From NCBI GenBank assembly GCA_002269645.1, contig NIVC01002002.1, positions 1 to 64,000 on the forward strand: DNA of 64,000 bases. The letters run 5' to 3'. The position numbers and the translations under genes are program-made. How positions within the stretch are numbered: the first letter of the stretch is position 1; the number at the start of each line of letters is the position of its first letter. The notes beneath the pieces were generated by a model. That model was not told the DNA's origin, made no database searches, and saw only the letters and a program-made list of their open reading frames with translations. Shown here piece by piece: positions 12,642-25,526 of this stretch. The DNA is from Macrostomum lignano (Eukaryota).

Positions 12642-13877
12642 TCAATCCATCAGTGTGGTGTCGCTCTCCTGCTGGCAGCTCTGGTCCGGGTCGCTGACGG
12701 ACAGCAGCTGGCGGCTCTCCGGCCCGGCAGTGGCGCCGCTGCCCAGCGAAGACGAAAGCTCCGTAGACGGCCGGCAGCGATTCTTGCTGGCGCCGACCTC
12801 AACCACCGAGGCGGCGGCGGCGACTGGCTTCTTTTTTTGTCGCTTCTGTTGGACCTTATTCCCGGTGGCTGCGGTTGCAGAGGCAGTGCCGGCGGCTGTG
12901 GAGGCGCCAGCGGCAGCGGCGGCGGAAGCCCGGGAGCTCCTCCGCGAGATCAGCCGCAGGCAGGCCAGCCGGATTTCTCTGTTCATGGCGCCGAAGATCA
13001 GCGGGTTGACGCTGGATGCAGCAGCGTATAGCAGCGTGACGAGCACGTACGCCTGCGGCCCGAGTGTGTTGCCAGAGTCTATCATTCTCAGACAGCCGTA
13101 GGGCAGGAACCCCACCAGGAACATGAGAAACACGACGCCGAACATCTTAGTGATGCGCAGCTCGCGTCGCATCAGCAGCTGATCGCTGACCAGAGAGCCG
13201 GTGTTGGCCCGGCGGACAAACACGAAGATCAGGGCGAAGCAGACGATGACGATCGCGCAAGGAATCAGCTGGGAGATGATCACGACCCCCAGTATGCGGA
13301 AACGCTGGGTTCTCTCGTAGATGCAGCGCAGCATCTTGGCCTGATAGACAGTGCTACCGCGCCAACTGCCCGAGTTGAAGAGCGGCAAGGAGAGGCTGAG
13401 CAGGGCGCCAAACACTCGAGTACCGGCCAGGATGATGCCAGTGTACAGACCCTTGTGCAGCTGTACGTAGGTGCTGTTGTGCACCACCACAATATAGCGG
13501 TGCAGGCTAATTAAGGCGTGGTGCCAGAGGGAGACGCACACCAGCAACATGTTGAGCTCTGGCATGAGCTCGCAGAGCAGAGGACCCAGCTTCCAGCTTC
13601 CGGCTAAATAGGAAACCGCCACCATGCTCTGGTTTAGCAGCAAGTTCAACAAGTCGTTCAGGCATAGACTGGCAATGAACAGGTTAATTAGGTTGCTCCG
13701 CATCTCGCGGCGGACCAGCACCACAATCATAATCCATAGGTTACCGAGGGCGCCCAGCACCAGGCAGAGCAGGATGGCAATCCCGGAGATGAAGGCTAGC
13801 ACCCGCTCAGGCGGTTCATCCACCGCGCTCGTCCGATTGTTGATGTGGTTCTCGTGGTCGGCCTGGGACTCCAGCAT
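12642..13877 (-). CDS. Intronless rhodopsin-class GPCR, moody/Tre1/GPR84/melatonin-receptor-like, about 411 aa
   Basis: Seven hydrophobic segments with GN (TM1), LCLND (TM2), HRY at the TM3 end, RRELRITKMF before TM6 and NPLIF (TM7). First ATG at 13877 (the track ORF starts at a TTG). Family assignment is from remembered motif similarity. Confidence 0.88.
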   Translation of the reverse strand: MLESQADHENHINNRTSAVDEPPERVLAFISGIAILLCLVLGALGNLWIMIVVLVRREMRSNLINLFIASLCLNDLLNLLLNQSMVAVSYLAGSWKLGPLLCELMPELNMLLVCVSLWHHALISLHRYIVVVHNSTYVQLHKGLYTGIILAGTRVFGALLSLSLPLFNSGSWRGSTVYQAKMLRCIYERTQRFRILGVVIISQLIPCAIVIVCFALIFVFVRRANTGSLVSDQLLMRRELRITKMFGVVFLMFLVGFLPYGCLRMIDSGNTLGPQAYVLVTLLYAAASSVNPLIFGAMNREIRLACLRLISRRSSRASAAAAAGASTAAGTASATAATGNKVQQKRQKKKPVAAAASVVEVGASKNRCRPSTELSSSLGSGATAGPESRQLLSVSDPDQSCQQESDTTLMD

Positions 13878-16787
13878 AGCAGCGTGGCGGGAATTGCGAG
13901 TAGAGAGAAGGTAGGAACTCAACCAGAAGTTGTTAGGCAGTTAGAGATGGCGATCTTTCTGATTTACTGGGCCCAGTTTTTATCAGTAGGCACTGGAGAG
14001 AATAGGGCAAAGCATGCCTAGGAATCGGATTGGAGAGGCCGTGGGATAAAATGGAGAGCGAATGGAGCCTTAGATGGCATGCTATTGGTCAACTACTGTA
14101 GTAACCCCGAAGGGCGAACGTGTCAGCCGGCTGCTCCTAGAGGGATGACGACAAAGGGATAACGACTTTGCTCAAAAGATGCACGCAAGACGTGTCGAAA
14201 GGTGCACGGCGGTTGAAGCGGCTCGTCACGTATTCGCTTATTAGCGGGCTGGCCTGGAAAGCTTGCAGGGTAGGCCGAGACACGAGACTGCGCCCTGGGG
14301 ACTAAGGCAGCTACTCAAATTTCTCGTGCTCGGGAATTCTATACAGACGCCGGCAGATGCCTATGATTATGTGAGCATGGGTCAATTGGTGCAGAAGGCA
14401 GGTGAAACGAATTAACAAGAGAGTCTGCAACTAGTATTCACCGCGGCGTCTATATTCACGAAATATTTTATTAAGAATCTTCGGTGAGCTGACCTGACGA
14501 AGGCATGCTTCCGTGAGAATCGTGGAAAATCGTGACCGTCTTAACTGCTGTCGGCTTTGTGCCGTATTTGAAATTGAAGACAATTAAGTGAAAATTTGTT
14601 GAAGTAAATTTCTTTGCGAAGAAGACAGGATTTTGTCCTTAATCTCATCTTGCTAATCCAAAATAATATAAATCCAATACACCGGGATTTTGTACAAAAT
14701 CTTTATGTTATGTTGTCGAAGCATTATAGGGCATTCAGAACAATAGCGCTACAGGCCGGGCGCGCCTCGGAGTCTTGTCGTTGGCCGTCAATCGACGAAA
14801 TACTGCACTGTCTGTAGGCAGTACGACTCGGTGTGGATGATGTAGCCTGCCAACTGGAGTCTCCGTCGGCGCGACACGTCGCTTGGACGGGTCAGGCTGG
14901 CGCGGCGATGCAGTGCCGCTTTGATGGCTCGCCTGTTGCTGTTTTAACAGTCGGCGTAGCGCCGATAAGGCCGACGAGATTGACCAACTACTGATGCTGC
15001 GGAAGAAAGTTTCTATTGTAAAAAGAAAGTTGTTTTTTACAGATAAAAATGATGAAGGAAAAGCAAATTTCTGAATTGATTTATTCCATCGACTTCAGAA
15101 TCGACGTGACAAACTGCCTTCTACTCGTACAGTAGTTGATTTTGTCTGCTTTGATTTTATAAAAAATCGACGCAGTGGCCCAGACGGGGTGCTAATTGGT
15201 GGCTTCTATTGGATTAGCTAGTCCGGTTGGCATACAGTCTGACAAGGGTTTGAGCCTTCTATCTGCGCATGAGCTCAAGACTGTTTGTCCTCTGCGGATT
15301 ACCTCCTGGCGCAGAGGCAGTTACAGAATCGATAGCTGGAGATTTGGCTGGCAGATCGGCTGCTTAGACCGGAGAGATCCAGTTGGCAGATAATTAGGCC
15401 GATAGTGCAGGAGCACCAATGCAGCAGACTTTTTGCTTTACTACATTATGTATTTACTCTAGGCGGTATCAAGTTATTTGCGAGTGCCTATAATCGTATA
15501 GTTCTAACTACTTCAAGTAATACAATAACTAGACAGCTGTGTTTGCCGCGCTGTGACCTAAGCTTTAGTCAGCTGAAAACTTTATCAATGAAAGCCGCGG
15601 TCTGGAACACGGGATGTCGGGTCATTTGCATTTTCGATCTCGTCAAAATTGGACGCTTCCTCTAGTCGTCTCAGCTGTTCCACATACTCGTATTTGGTCT
15701 CAAGTCTTCAACCGCCACTATCTGATCGCGGCGCGGGGCGTGAAAAAGATGTAATCAACTGGGAGACAGACATTCAAAAATAGTATAGGCGATCGTGTGG
15801 CAATAGTGAGAGCTCGAACTCTCTTCTTTGGGCCTAGAATTTGTGTCGTAGATTGGCAGCATTGCGGCCTTCCCTCCCGAGAGATGTGATTGATGATCAC
15901 CACCCCATTACCAGCCGGCGCAGAGACGCAGCGGAGGACTTTGATTAACGATGGAAGGATGATCAAGAAATGGTTAGGATGGTAGTCGATGACTTTGATT
16001 CCTAGCTCCTAAGATCCAGTCCTCGTGCGGGCGTATGCGCAATGTCAATATTGCGGCGACATTGCGACCTGCTTAGTCTGGCCAGACACTTATTATATAC
16101 ATGTATATAGATAGGCGTCTGATGCTTACTATAGGATCCTAAAATGCATACATTCGAGAGGTGTTGCAAAAGTTTCCTGACTGTGTTTAGCTCGTACTGT
16201 AAACGACAGGAATTTCCAATCGAGCTGAAATTGAATCGCCAAAACTCCTCGCGCAGCTGCTCTATTAAATGGTAAAACTGCAAAATGATTGCATGGATGT
16301 TAGATGCTTGGACATAGAAGAGGACAGAAGAGAGGAGAGGAGAGAGGGGAGAGAAAAGACAGAGGAGATTAGAGAGCAGGGACTAAGAAAAGACAAACCT
16401 TGAGCGGGCCGGACTGTTTTTGTAAAGTTTCAAAGGACCCGAGGGCCGCGGATAGAGAGGCTCTGCGAGCGTGAGTTTGCCTACCATCGGCGTAAAGTGT
16501 GTTACCCTTTTTGTGACTCCCGTGCTTTTTCAGCTTGGTCAGTTTGACAGAAATAAGTGAATAAGAGAACATTCACGCCCCGGACCTACTTTAGCTCCCC
16601 GCTTGATAAACCATAGTGGCATAGACAGTCCTTACTTACAAGCCATGGATTTCTAAAAATAGCATAGAACTGCATGGAGACCCAGTTGTCCTGATTTTGG
16701 TGGAATCAGGAACCAGACCTAACCGAGACTCAGCCAGCTATGAGTATTCGGGTTTCGGTGATTTGAAATAAGCCCATAATCCATAGT

Positions 16788-17157
16788 TATGTTATTATTT
16801 ATAAAGACTTTCCGTGAAAATATTTGCGTTCTCCGGGATTTTATTTGGTAATATTCAATAATATCCCGTAAAGTCTTAATGTCTATGGTTTATACGAGAT
16901 TACACATGCCTTTTTCGGGAGTTATTTTCATAAATCCCTCGGGCCTCAGGCCCTCGTGATTTATACAAATAACTCCCTCAAAAGGCATGTTTAATCTGAT
17001 ACATAAACGCCGTTTAATTCATCATAGTCTATGGTTAGAATATCCTCGGCTGCAATCAATGGTCCTCGGCTCGCTACGCTCGCCTCGAGACCATTAAACG
17101 CAGCCTCAGACATTCTAACCACAGAATGTGAATTAAACGGCGTTTATTATTTACATA
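16788..17157. mobile_element. Non-autonomous palindromic element made of three adjacent hairpins
   Basis: Inverted repeats at 16804-16877, 16898-16996 and 17003-17147. TTATTATTTA direct repeat at both ends (16792, 17144). Confidence 0.6.
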
Positions 17158-20100
17158 ATACACTACTGAATGTAGCCATGAGTTGATGCGAATGTTGATA
17201 CGGTATCTGAACTAGGCTTGGCCTCAAACACAACACTATGGCTTAAGTAAAACAAATTCCTCAAATAGTAATAAAATTCTGTCTCTCTTCTCAAAAAATT
17301 GAATTTTTCATTAGGAAAGTAGATTTTTCCCATTTGCACTGGCGATAAATTACAGAAATGTCAAGCAGATCGGGAGAGACCTTCGATGAACTAAAAGGCT
17401 AAAGCATCTTGCTTAAAAATCTTGAAGATTAATCCGGTAATCTCTCCGAAGCTCAACACTGCTCAAATATAGTTGAAAGCCACGGACCAAAAAGCTGCCG
17501 GCTTAATCTGAGTTTATTCAGGCTCCAAGAAATGCGCATGGCATTCGTGACTATCTCCGATCAGAATTCAAAATTCACTATACTGTATAGGTTACTAAGC
17601 GTTGAATGGAATTCTTATTATTCCAACCAGTGTGACAGCTGGTTCGTGCTTTCAGTGCGATCGATTTACTTAATTCTTCAGTGACCGGGATTTAGTCTGC
17701 ACTTCTCTAGATGTGGAACTGCGTTTGACTCTGCTGTAAATATTTGCCCTTCTGTCTATACGAGAGTCTATATATGGCGTCTGCTGCTTATAATAAATAT
17801 TGCTAACTTTTGCTAAAGTTGAAACTTTGCTCTGTGCCTTTTAAGTTTCTACAAATTTGCAACTTCCATGCAGCCCAGTTAATGCGGATTAAATGTGGAT
17901 TTGGGCTGGGGGAGGGAAGTGCAAAGATAAACTTTCCGAGACTTAAACAATTTCGCGAATAACTATAGCGCATTGCTTGACATTTCAATTTTTACCACAT
18001 TTGCCAAGAGTTGGTGCGCGTGATTTTAACGCAGTTTGGCAAGATTATACAATGCAATTCGATACTGGAATTATTTACATTATACTTGGTCTGTGAATGC
18101 CAGTAACCATTTTTTTCATTGCTTTTCATAGCAATACATTCGTGCCCGTTTTTTCTTCAGAGCCATCGATTTTTCAGAGGATTGCATTGAATTCTTGTCT
18201 GATTACCATGCAACGACGTGCCTGTCAATGTGTATTATCTGACACTGAATACCTTGTCTGACATGCCCAATTTTCACTATATATTTTTTTCAAATGCTGA
18301 CACGTGTACGTTGCTCGTACTCAATCTATGCATCATGCAGTTCTTGACCCAATGCCATGTATTTTTCTCAATTCATTTATCGAGCTAACCTTGATCACGA
18401 TACGCCTACATGTAATGTGTGAATAATTCATTATCTGCATGACCATGCAACGCAGGAATATTGTATGTAAATCTTGAATAGATAAACTGAATATCATATT
18501 GCGATAAAGTAGTATATAGTCGTTTCCAGTGACAAAAATAGCTACATGTAAATACCAAATTCCTTATTTAATTTGTTTGCGTGGGATTCTATAGCTGTTG
18601 ACTCCATGCATTGTTTTGTTACTGTAAACAGTATCAAGAGCTACTAGGCACATGTACATGTGAAATCGCGTTCCAATCGACAAAGTGTCACGTACATGTT
18701 GAAGAACGAGCAGCTGAATAAAGTAAATAGACTTGCATATGTACATGTGCATTTTGTATTGCTTTAAGAGAAAGTAAAAACATGCACACAGTAAATTGTG
18801 TAAATATTCGTCAGAACGAATACATATGCAAAAGGGTAATAACTCTACATTTAGCTTGCTGCTGATGCTACCCCAAAGGACAACAACGGCCCTTACAAGC
18901 CATGCACTGCACGCATGCACGGATTACTCAAGGACCACTTGTAGTAGATGTGATGGCATGGCTAGCTTTTATTCTTGAGTAATCCGTAAACTAGTATAGA
19001 CCTTAGTTAGTATACATATAATTTCAGTATTCCTTGATGCTACCGAACTAACGCAAGATAAGTATAGCTAGTTATACGAATGATTAATTAAGCTTTGGGA
19101 TTGGGACGTGTACTGTAGAGTATAGTGGACTCTAGAATTCTCGATAATATCGGAAAATCAGTTCTGAATTTAACCGAGATCTTAAACAATTTCCGTTTTT
19201 TACAGAAAATTATTTTTATTTGAAAAACCGAATTCTACATTTATTAGTGTGTGTGTTACACTGAATAGAGCACATTATTTTTTGTCAGGTTTGCTTAAAC
19301 ATGCATTTTCGGAGAAATAGATATGCTTAATGTTTAAACTCGCAAAACTGCTGGTTAATTACAAGTACGTGCATGGTGTAATCGATTGAAATCAATGTAA
19401 GCGAAATGTTCATTAGGTATGATCGGTAATCTAAGGTTTGGTTCAGTCTAACATTGATGTCAGATGGGTAGGGCATATATCAATAGTCTATCATATCGAA
19501 ATGCTTTATTAGGTGTATGGTAGGCCTACATTTTTATGAAAATAATCTTGCCTTTGTCTCGTCTTCTTCATTCTTGAATCTTCAATGCAGAAAAAATTGT
19601 GTGAGTTAATTATGCCAATTGCCAAATTATATTGGTCTTGCCACTAGGCCTAGCATGCTACAGCTAACTCTCATGGGCCTTAGAGCTCGAGCTGGGGTAT
19701 CCCATGGCCCATGGGATGAGGCAGCCAGCTAGTCTACAAATGGCAGACTTGTATTGGTCTCTAGTCTGTAGGCCTACTAGGCATATTTTGAAGTTTATTA
19801 GCTTAATAGATAGGTAGGCCCTACAATGAAGCCTTTATTAATTAGTTCTTAATGTTTTTAAGCCTTAAGCCAAAGATATAGATATATCCTAGGCCTTGCC
19901 GCCTTAGGCTCATCTATCTATCTATAGTAAGATCATAGGCATGACAGGCCTAATATTCCTAAATAGGCCTATAAAATAATATGCTAATAATAATGTGCTT
20001 TTATATAAAATTATGTCAAATTATATTGGGTTAAATTGAAGCTATTTTATTATGTTTAAATATTACATAAATATAACAATAATAATATCATACCAAATGC

Positions 20101-21782
20101 ATTTAATAGCCTAGGCTTAGGCTATAGTATGCACCACACTCCAGATCATATAGTATAGGCCTATGCCAGAAAATTCAGGCATGCATTGGCCTTGCATGCC
20201 AAAAACAGGCATGCACAATTGGCATCCATCACTTCTAAGAAAATAGTATAGGCCTTTATATGCACACTTGGCATGCAGAAGGCCGTAGCCCAGCAGTCTA
20301 GCACAGGCTCTGGTGTGCCAACAACCCAGGCTTGATTCCAAGTGCAGTCACATTAATATGGGGCTGAATTAAAATCTTGGCTTGGCTCTGCTTATGCAAT
20401 TAACAGCCTTGAGAGCCCATCCCCTAAGGCGCAATGAAGTATATATATGCTTAACAATAAATAAAGTTAGAGCTGCTGTACACTCCTATGTAAGTGTGTG
20501 CCTACATACATATCCGCGTGCTTGTATGCCTACTCAGGAGAGTTGGCAGAATGGGCAGTAATGCCTTTTGCTGGTTTTGTACCTATGTCACTTAAAGTGT
20601 GCCAAGGTACACACAACCCCCCTGTCTCTAATAAAAAACACCTGGCATGCACTTTATATAATCACAAAGAAAAGTTACAGTGCAATAGAAAAAAATATAA
20701 AAAAGTTCATTTTAAGTCTAAATTTTAAGCTTTTCAGGTTTTTAAGCTCATAATAAATCATTTTAACAAATCTATGTATGTATCAATTTTTAGTAATAGT
20801 AGTAAATAATATTGCCAAAAAGCAAAAACCAAATTATTTGCCAAAAAGGGTCCATTGTGCAATTTAAAAAAGGGTCATTTATTTTCATAATATAAAAAGG
20901 TCATTCATTGTCGTAATACCTGCATAGTTTTAAGAATGGACGTGAACTTAATTTTTTAGCATGTATTTGTTATTATTTGATTTTTGTTCAGGCATGTACC
21001 TAGCATGATCCAGACTATGGAGTAGGCATAAAAATGTTTAGTATACCCTATAGGCCCATTATGCATGATTTTTAGTTTGGGCTAGGCCTAAACCAATGCT
21101 ACCACTAGACCTAATTGCATTTTTAATTTAGTTATGTTGGTCTTTGTATTGCATTTTGTATTTTTATTTTCTTATATCGCCCACTTTTTGTGTTTGTTTT
21201 TGATATTCTTTTTGACTATCTTTGCTAAGAAATACAGTAGCTATATCTCCAAGTCCTTTTAGCTAGATAGAATAGAATATCTAGAATATCTAATAGTCAA
21301 TAATAAGCTATAGTGCAAAAGGACATTATTAGTAAAACAGCTTACCCTTGCTAACCAAGCTGTCACAGGCTATTATAACATTCTTCTATACCAATACTGA
21401 TCTTGACTATGCTATTGGCAAGTCAACTGATATCAACAATGACTCTGAGTGTAACTTAATGGCCAACATTAAACAATGTACACTTGGTATATATGATGTA
21501 GCCTTTCTTTGTACAACTAAGTGATTAGTTTCATATTATTATATTATAGTTACTAATGATAAAAAAGTCACAAAAGGCATAGCACTATATAAATAAAAAA
21601 ACATCTAACAATTATATTTCTTTAGTACTTGTAGTAGCTATATAGAAAAGGAAATAGCTAGGTCTAATTACTATTAGGTAATAGGTAGGCCTACCAATTT
21701 TATCATAGTTGCTATAGAATCCTAATCCTATAGCTATACTGGTATTTAATGTTAAGTTAAATATTAAATCGCATTCCCTTGC

Positions 21783-24700
21783 ATGCAAGAAGCCCAGCCA
21801 GATTGCAACAGGCAGCTGCAGGCCACACTGGCCTGTCCACTATGCTGGCTGCCACAGTCCAGCCAGCAGGAGCTTGCCAGTCATCTGGTTGAACACCGTC
21901 AGCTAATGCTGATGCAGCCCAACCCTGCTGTGTCACTGCAGCTGCATGTGCCGCCAACGCCAAATTCTGCCAGTGCAAATTGGCAATGCGAGCTTTGTAG
22001 TGAGACTTGCCCAACTGATTGGGAATTGATGGAGCATCTAGTTGTCTGCCATTCAGATTGCCCAGATGTTACCCGTGGACAACTCAGAGAGGATCTTTCG
22101 TTTAGTTTGGAAAGTGGAGCCGCTGTTCAGGTAGTTCGATCTGCATTTGCTTTTCTGTAGGTGTCTTGGAATTCAAATCCTTAGATATTCGATTTCCTGG
22201 AATTCTAATCTTCAGAATTTTCGTTTCTTGGAATTCTAATCTTCAGAATTTTCGTTTCTTGGAATTCTAATCTTCAGAATTTTCGTTTCTTGGAATTCTA
22301 ATCTTCAGAATTTCGGTTTCCTGGAATTCTAATCTTCAGAATTTCGGTTTCCTGGAATTCTAATCCTTAGAATTTCGGTTTCCTGGAATTCTAATCCTTA
22401 GATATTCGATTTCATGGAATTCTAATCTTCAGAATTTCGGTTTCCTGGAATTCTAATCCTTAGATATTAGATTTCCTGGAATTCAAATCCTCAGAATTTC
22501 GGTTTCCTGGAATTCTAATCCTCAGAATTTCGGTTTCCTGGAATTCTAATCCTCAGAATTTCGGTTTCCTGGAATTCTAATCCTCAGAATTTCGGTTTCT
22601 TGGAATTCTAATCTTCAGAATTTTCGTTTCTTGAAATTCTAATCTTCAGAATTTCGGTTTCCTGGAATTCTAATCTTCAGAATTTCGGTTTCCTGGAATT
22701 CTAATCTTCAGAATTTCGGTTTCCTGTAATTCTAATCCTTAGATATTCGATTTCCTGGAATTCAAATCTTCAGAATTTCGGTTTCCTGGAATTCAAATCC
22801 TCAGAATTTCGGTTTCCTGGAATTCTAATCCTCAGAATCTCGGTTTCTTGAAATTTAAATCCGCAGAGTTTTGGTATTTCCTGGAATTCAAATCTTCATA
22901 ATTTCGATTTCCTGGAATTTAAATCCCTCGAATTCTAAGTCCCCGCTATTCAAGAATGTTGCATGCAAGCCTTGATAATTTTATCAACTGCAATTAAAAT
23001 ATCAGTACAGCTCTATTTCAAGTAGCTAAAACACATTTTACTAAAACGCCTTCCCCCCTATCTATTCAGTCTTCCAGGCCACAGCAATGCTCAAATCAGT
23101 CAGAATCTCCGCAGTCTCAACGACGGCCTCCTAATCTCAGTGCCCCAATTAGCAAAGACCGAAAGGTGACAAATGTGCTGAAAAATTTTCTCAAAATGCG
23201 TCGTCGCAACACCGCCGAATCTGAACTTCGACAGCGGCAGCAGCAGCAGCAACAGTTTGATCGCAGTGGAAGTAATTCGCCTCAGCCTAATCAACTCAAG
23301 CCCTACAAGTGCTTCCTATGCGATCGTGAGCTGCCTACGGCCGATTGTCTTGACCGGCATCTGTTGAGGCAGCACGCGGGTTCGAACTCCGAATCGTTCG
23401 CCTCAACTAACAGAAATGATAGCGAACTAGAAGAGGACAGCGGGCAGGAGTGCAGAGTTGGTTAGTACAGATTTAGGGTGTTTGCTGTTTGCAGAATTTA
23501 CATTGGTCACCGGCCCCTAATTCCCTATATTTGTATTTGGTCATCGGCTCCTAATTCCCTCTATTTGCATTTGGTCATCGGCCCCTAATTCCCTCTATTT
23601 GCATTTGGTCATCGGCCCCCTAATTCCCTATATTTGCATTTGGTCATCAGCCCCTAATTCCCAATATTTACGGCTGGTCATCGGCTCCTAATTCCCTCTA
23701 TTTGCATTTGGTCATCGGCCCCTAATTCCCTCTATTTGCATTTGGTTATCGGCCCCTAATTCCCTATATTTGCATTTGGTCATCGGCCCCCTAATTCCCT
23801 ATATTTGCATTTGGTCATCAGCCCCTAATTCCCAATATTTACGGCTGGTCATCGGCCCCTAAAAATTCCCTATATTTGCATTTGGTCATCGGCCCCTAAT
23901 TCCATATATTTGTATTTGGTCATCGGCCCCCTAATTCCCCATATTTTCGGCTGGTCATCGGCCCCTAATTCCCAATATTTTCGGCTGGTCATCGGTCTGT
24001 AATTCCCTAGATTTCCATTTGGTTTATAACCAAGTCAGAATCTACGCGAGTAATCTGTTAACACTGAGTCTGTAGACTCCAGGGTCATTTTATTTTGGTA
24101 TTTTATTTATTTTTGGACCTTTTTTACTGATGCCTCCTTCCGGTTTGACTCCAGCAGCTGCTCAAACTGGCGCCAATCAGGAGGCTCGGCACGAGCTAAG
24201 CTGCAAACCAGCTGACTGTTCAGGCAACCCTCCTTCCGGTTTGACTCCAGCGGCTGCTCAAACTGGCGCCAATCAGGAGGCTCGGCACGAGCTAAGCTGC
24301 ACCCGGAAGCAGCAATCCAAAGTGATTATTGTCGAAGCCGTCTCCTGCACAGCAAAGTACTCCTGCTTCCTGTGCGCCAACACCAGGTTCACTAGCGCCG
24401 ATCAGCTTGACCAACATCTGCTCGAGCGACACGCCGTTGCCGACGAAGATTTCAACGGCAAAGCGGCGGCGGCGGCGACAGCGGCTGCTGAAATATCGAA
24501 CGCCTCTGCTGCACCACCGTTGAAGCGGAGGTTGACAAATGCGACGGAACAGGACAGCGGCGGAGACAGTGGAGTCAGCAGCGATGGTGGGCAGAGGGAG
24601 GGATGCTTTGCTACTGGCGAATGTTAGCCTCAGTCCTCGATAGAGAAATCCCAATCCTCATCCTTAAATTCCATATTATGATCCCAATCCTCATCCCCTA

Positions 24701-25490
24701 AATCCCACTTAATGATCCCAATCCTCACCCCCTAGATCCCACTTTTAAATCCCGATCCTCATCCCCTAGATCTCACTTTATAATCCCAGTCCTCATCCCC
24801 TAAATCCCACTTTATACTCCCAATCCTCATCCCCTAGATCCCACTTTTTAGTCCAAATCCCTCATCCCCTAGATCTCACTTTATGATCCCAATCATCACC
24901 CCTAGATCCCACAATATGATCCCAATCCTCATCCCCTAGATCCCACAATATGATCCCAATCCTCATCCCCTAGATCCCACAATATGATCCCAATCCTCAT
25001 CCCCTAGATCCCACAATATGATCCCAATCTTCATCTAAAGATCCGATTTTTAAATCCTAATCTTTATCCCCAGAATTTATCCCGATCCTCATCTCCGGAT
25101 CCCATTTGATTTATCCCAATGCCAAATCCTCATACAACTGCAGGTGTGGCAGAGAAAGGCCCAGTGGACCGTAGTGGCTGCGGCGGCAGCGTCAGCGGCA
25201 GCAGCTCCCACGCGGACGATGCCGGGGTCAGCCAAGAAGGGCCTGCCCAACCGCAGTCAGTGCAGCAACAGCAGCAGCCAGTAGTAGAGAAGCGCCCGAA
25301 GCAGCTTCGGTGCCCAATCTGCTGTAAGAATTTCGACAGCCAGCTGCTGTTGAACAATCACACTTATCGGACTCACTTGATGCTGAAACGGGCTCGAGGC
25401 CCCGGCGACAAGCTGCCCTGTCCAATCTGCCCCATGGCTTATGATAATGTTGACGACCTCAGCCTCCACATGATTAGCCATTCTAGCTAA
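21783..25490 (+). CDS. Multi-exon C2H2 zinc-finger protein with 6 dispersed fingers (5' end may be incomplete)
   Basis: Exons 21783-22130, 23070-23460, 24224-24622 (or 24616), 25144-25490 join in phases 0, 1, 1 with AG acceptors. Fingers: CPLC..HLVEH, CELC..HLVVCH, CFLC..HLLRQH, CFLC..HLLERH, CPIC..HTYRTH, CPIC..HMISH. Confidence 0.8.
22170..22935. repeat. 31-bp minisatellite filling zinc-finger gene intron 1
   Basis: Unit GGAATTCTAATCTTCAGAATTTCGGTTTCCT. Confidence 0.92.
23505..24000. repeat. About 34-bp minisatellite in zinc-finger gene intron 2
   Basis: Unit TTTGCATTTGGTCATCGGCCCCTAATTCCCTCTA. Confidence 0.92.
24645..25115. repeat. About 34-bp minisatellite filling zinc-finger gene intron 3
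   Basis: Unit ATGATCCCAATCCTCATCCCCTAGATCCCACAAT. Confidence 0.88.
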
Positions 25491-25526
25491 CTGGTTTGTG
25501 CTTTGTCTGCAGCTGTTGTGTCCGGC

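Noticed and set aside
15600-16283. Decayed LINE APE-endonuclease remnant (GNGVVII...FLNVCLPVDY on the minus strand)
   Set aside because: Only faint motif resemblance, with no GDFN/SDH motifs or RT nearby. It needs a profile search.
18829-18960. Extra upstream exon of the zinc-finger gene
   Set aside because: There is an acceptor-like site but no convincing in-frame donor or finger motif.
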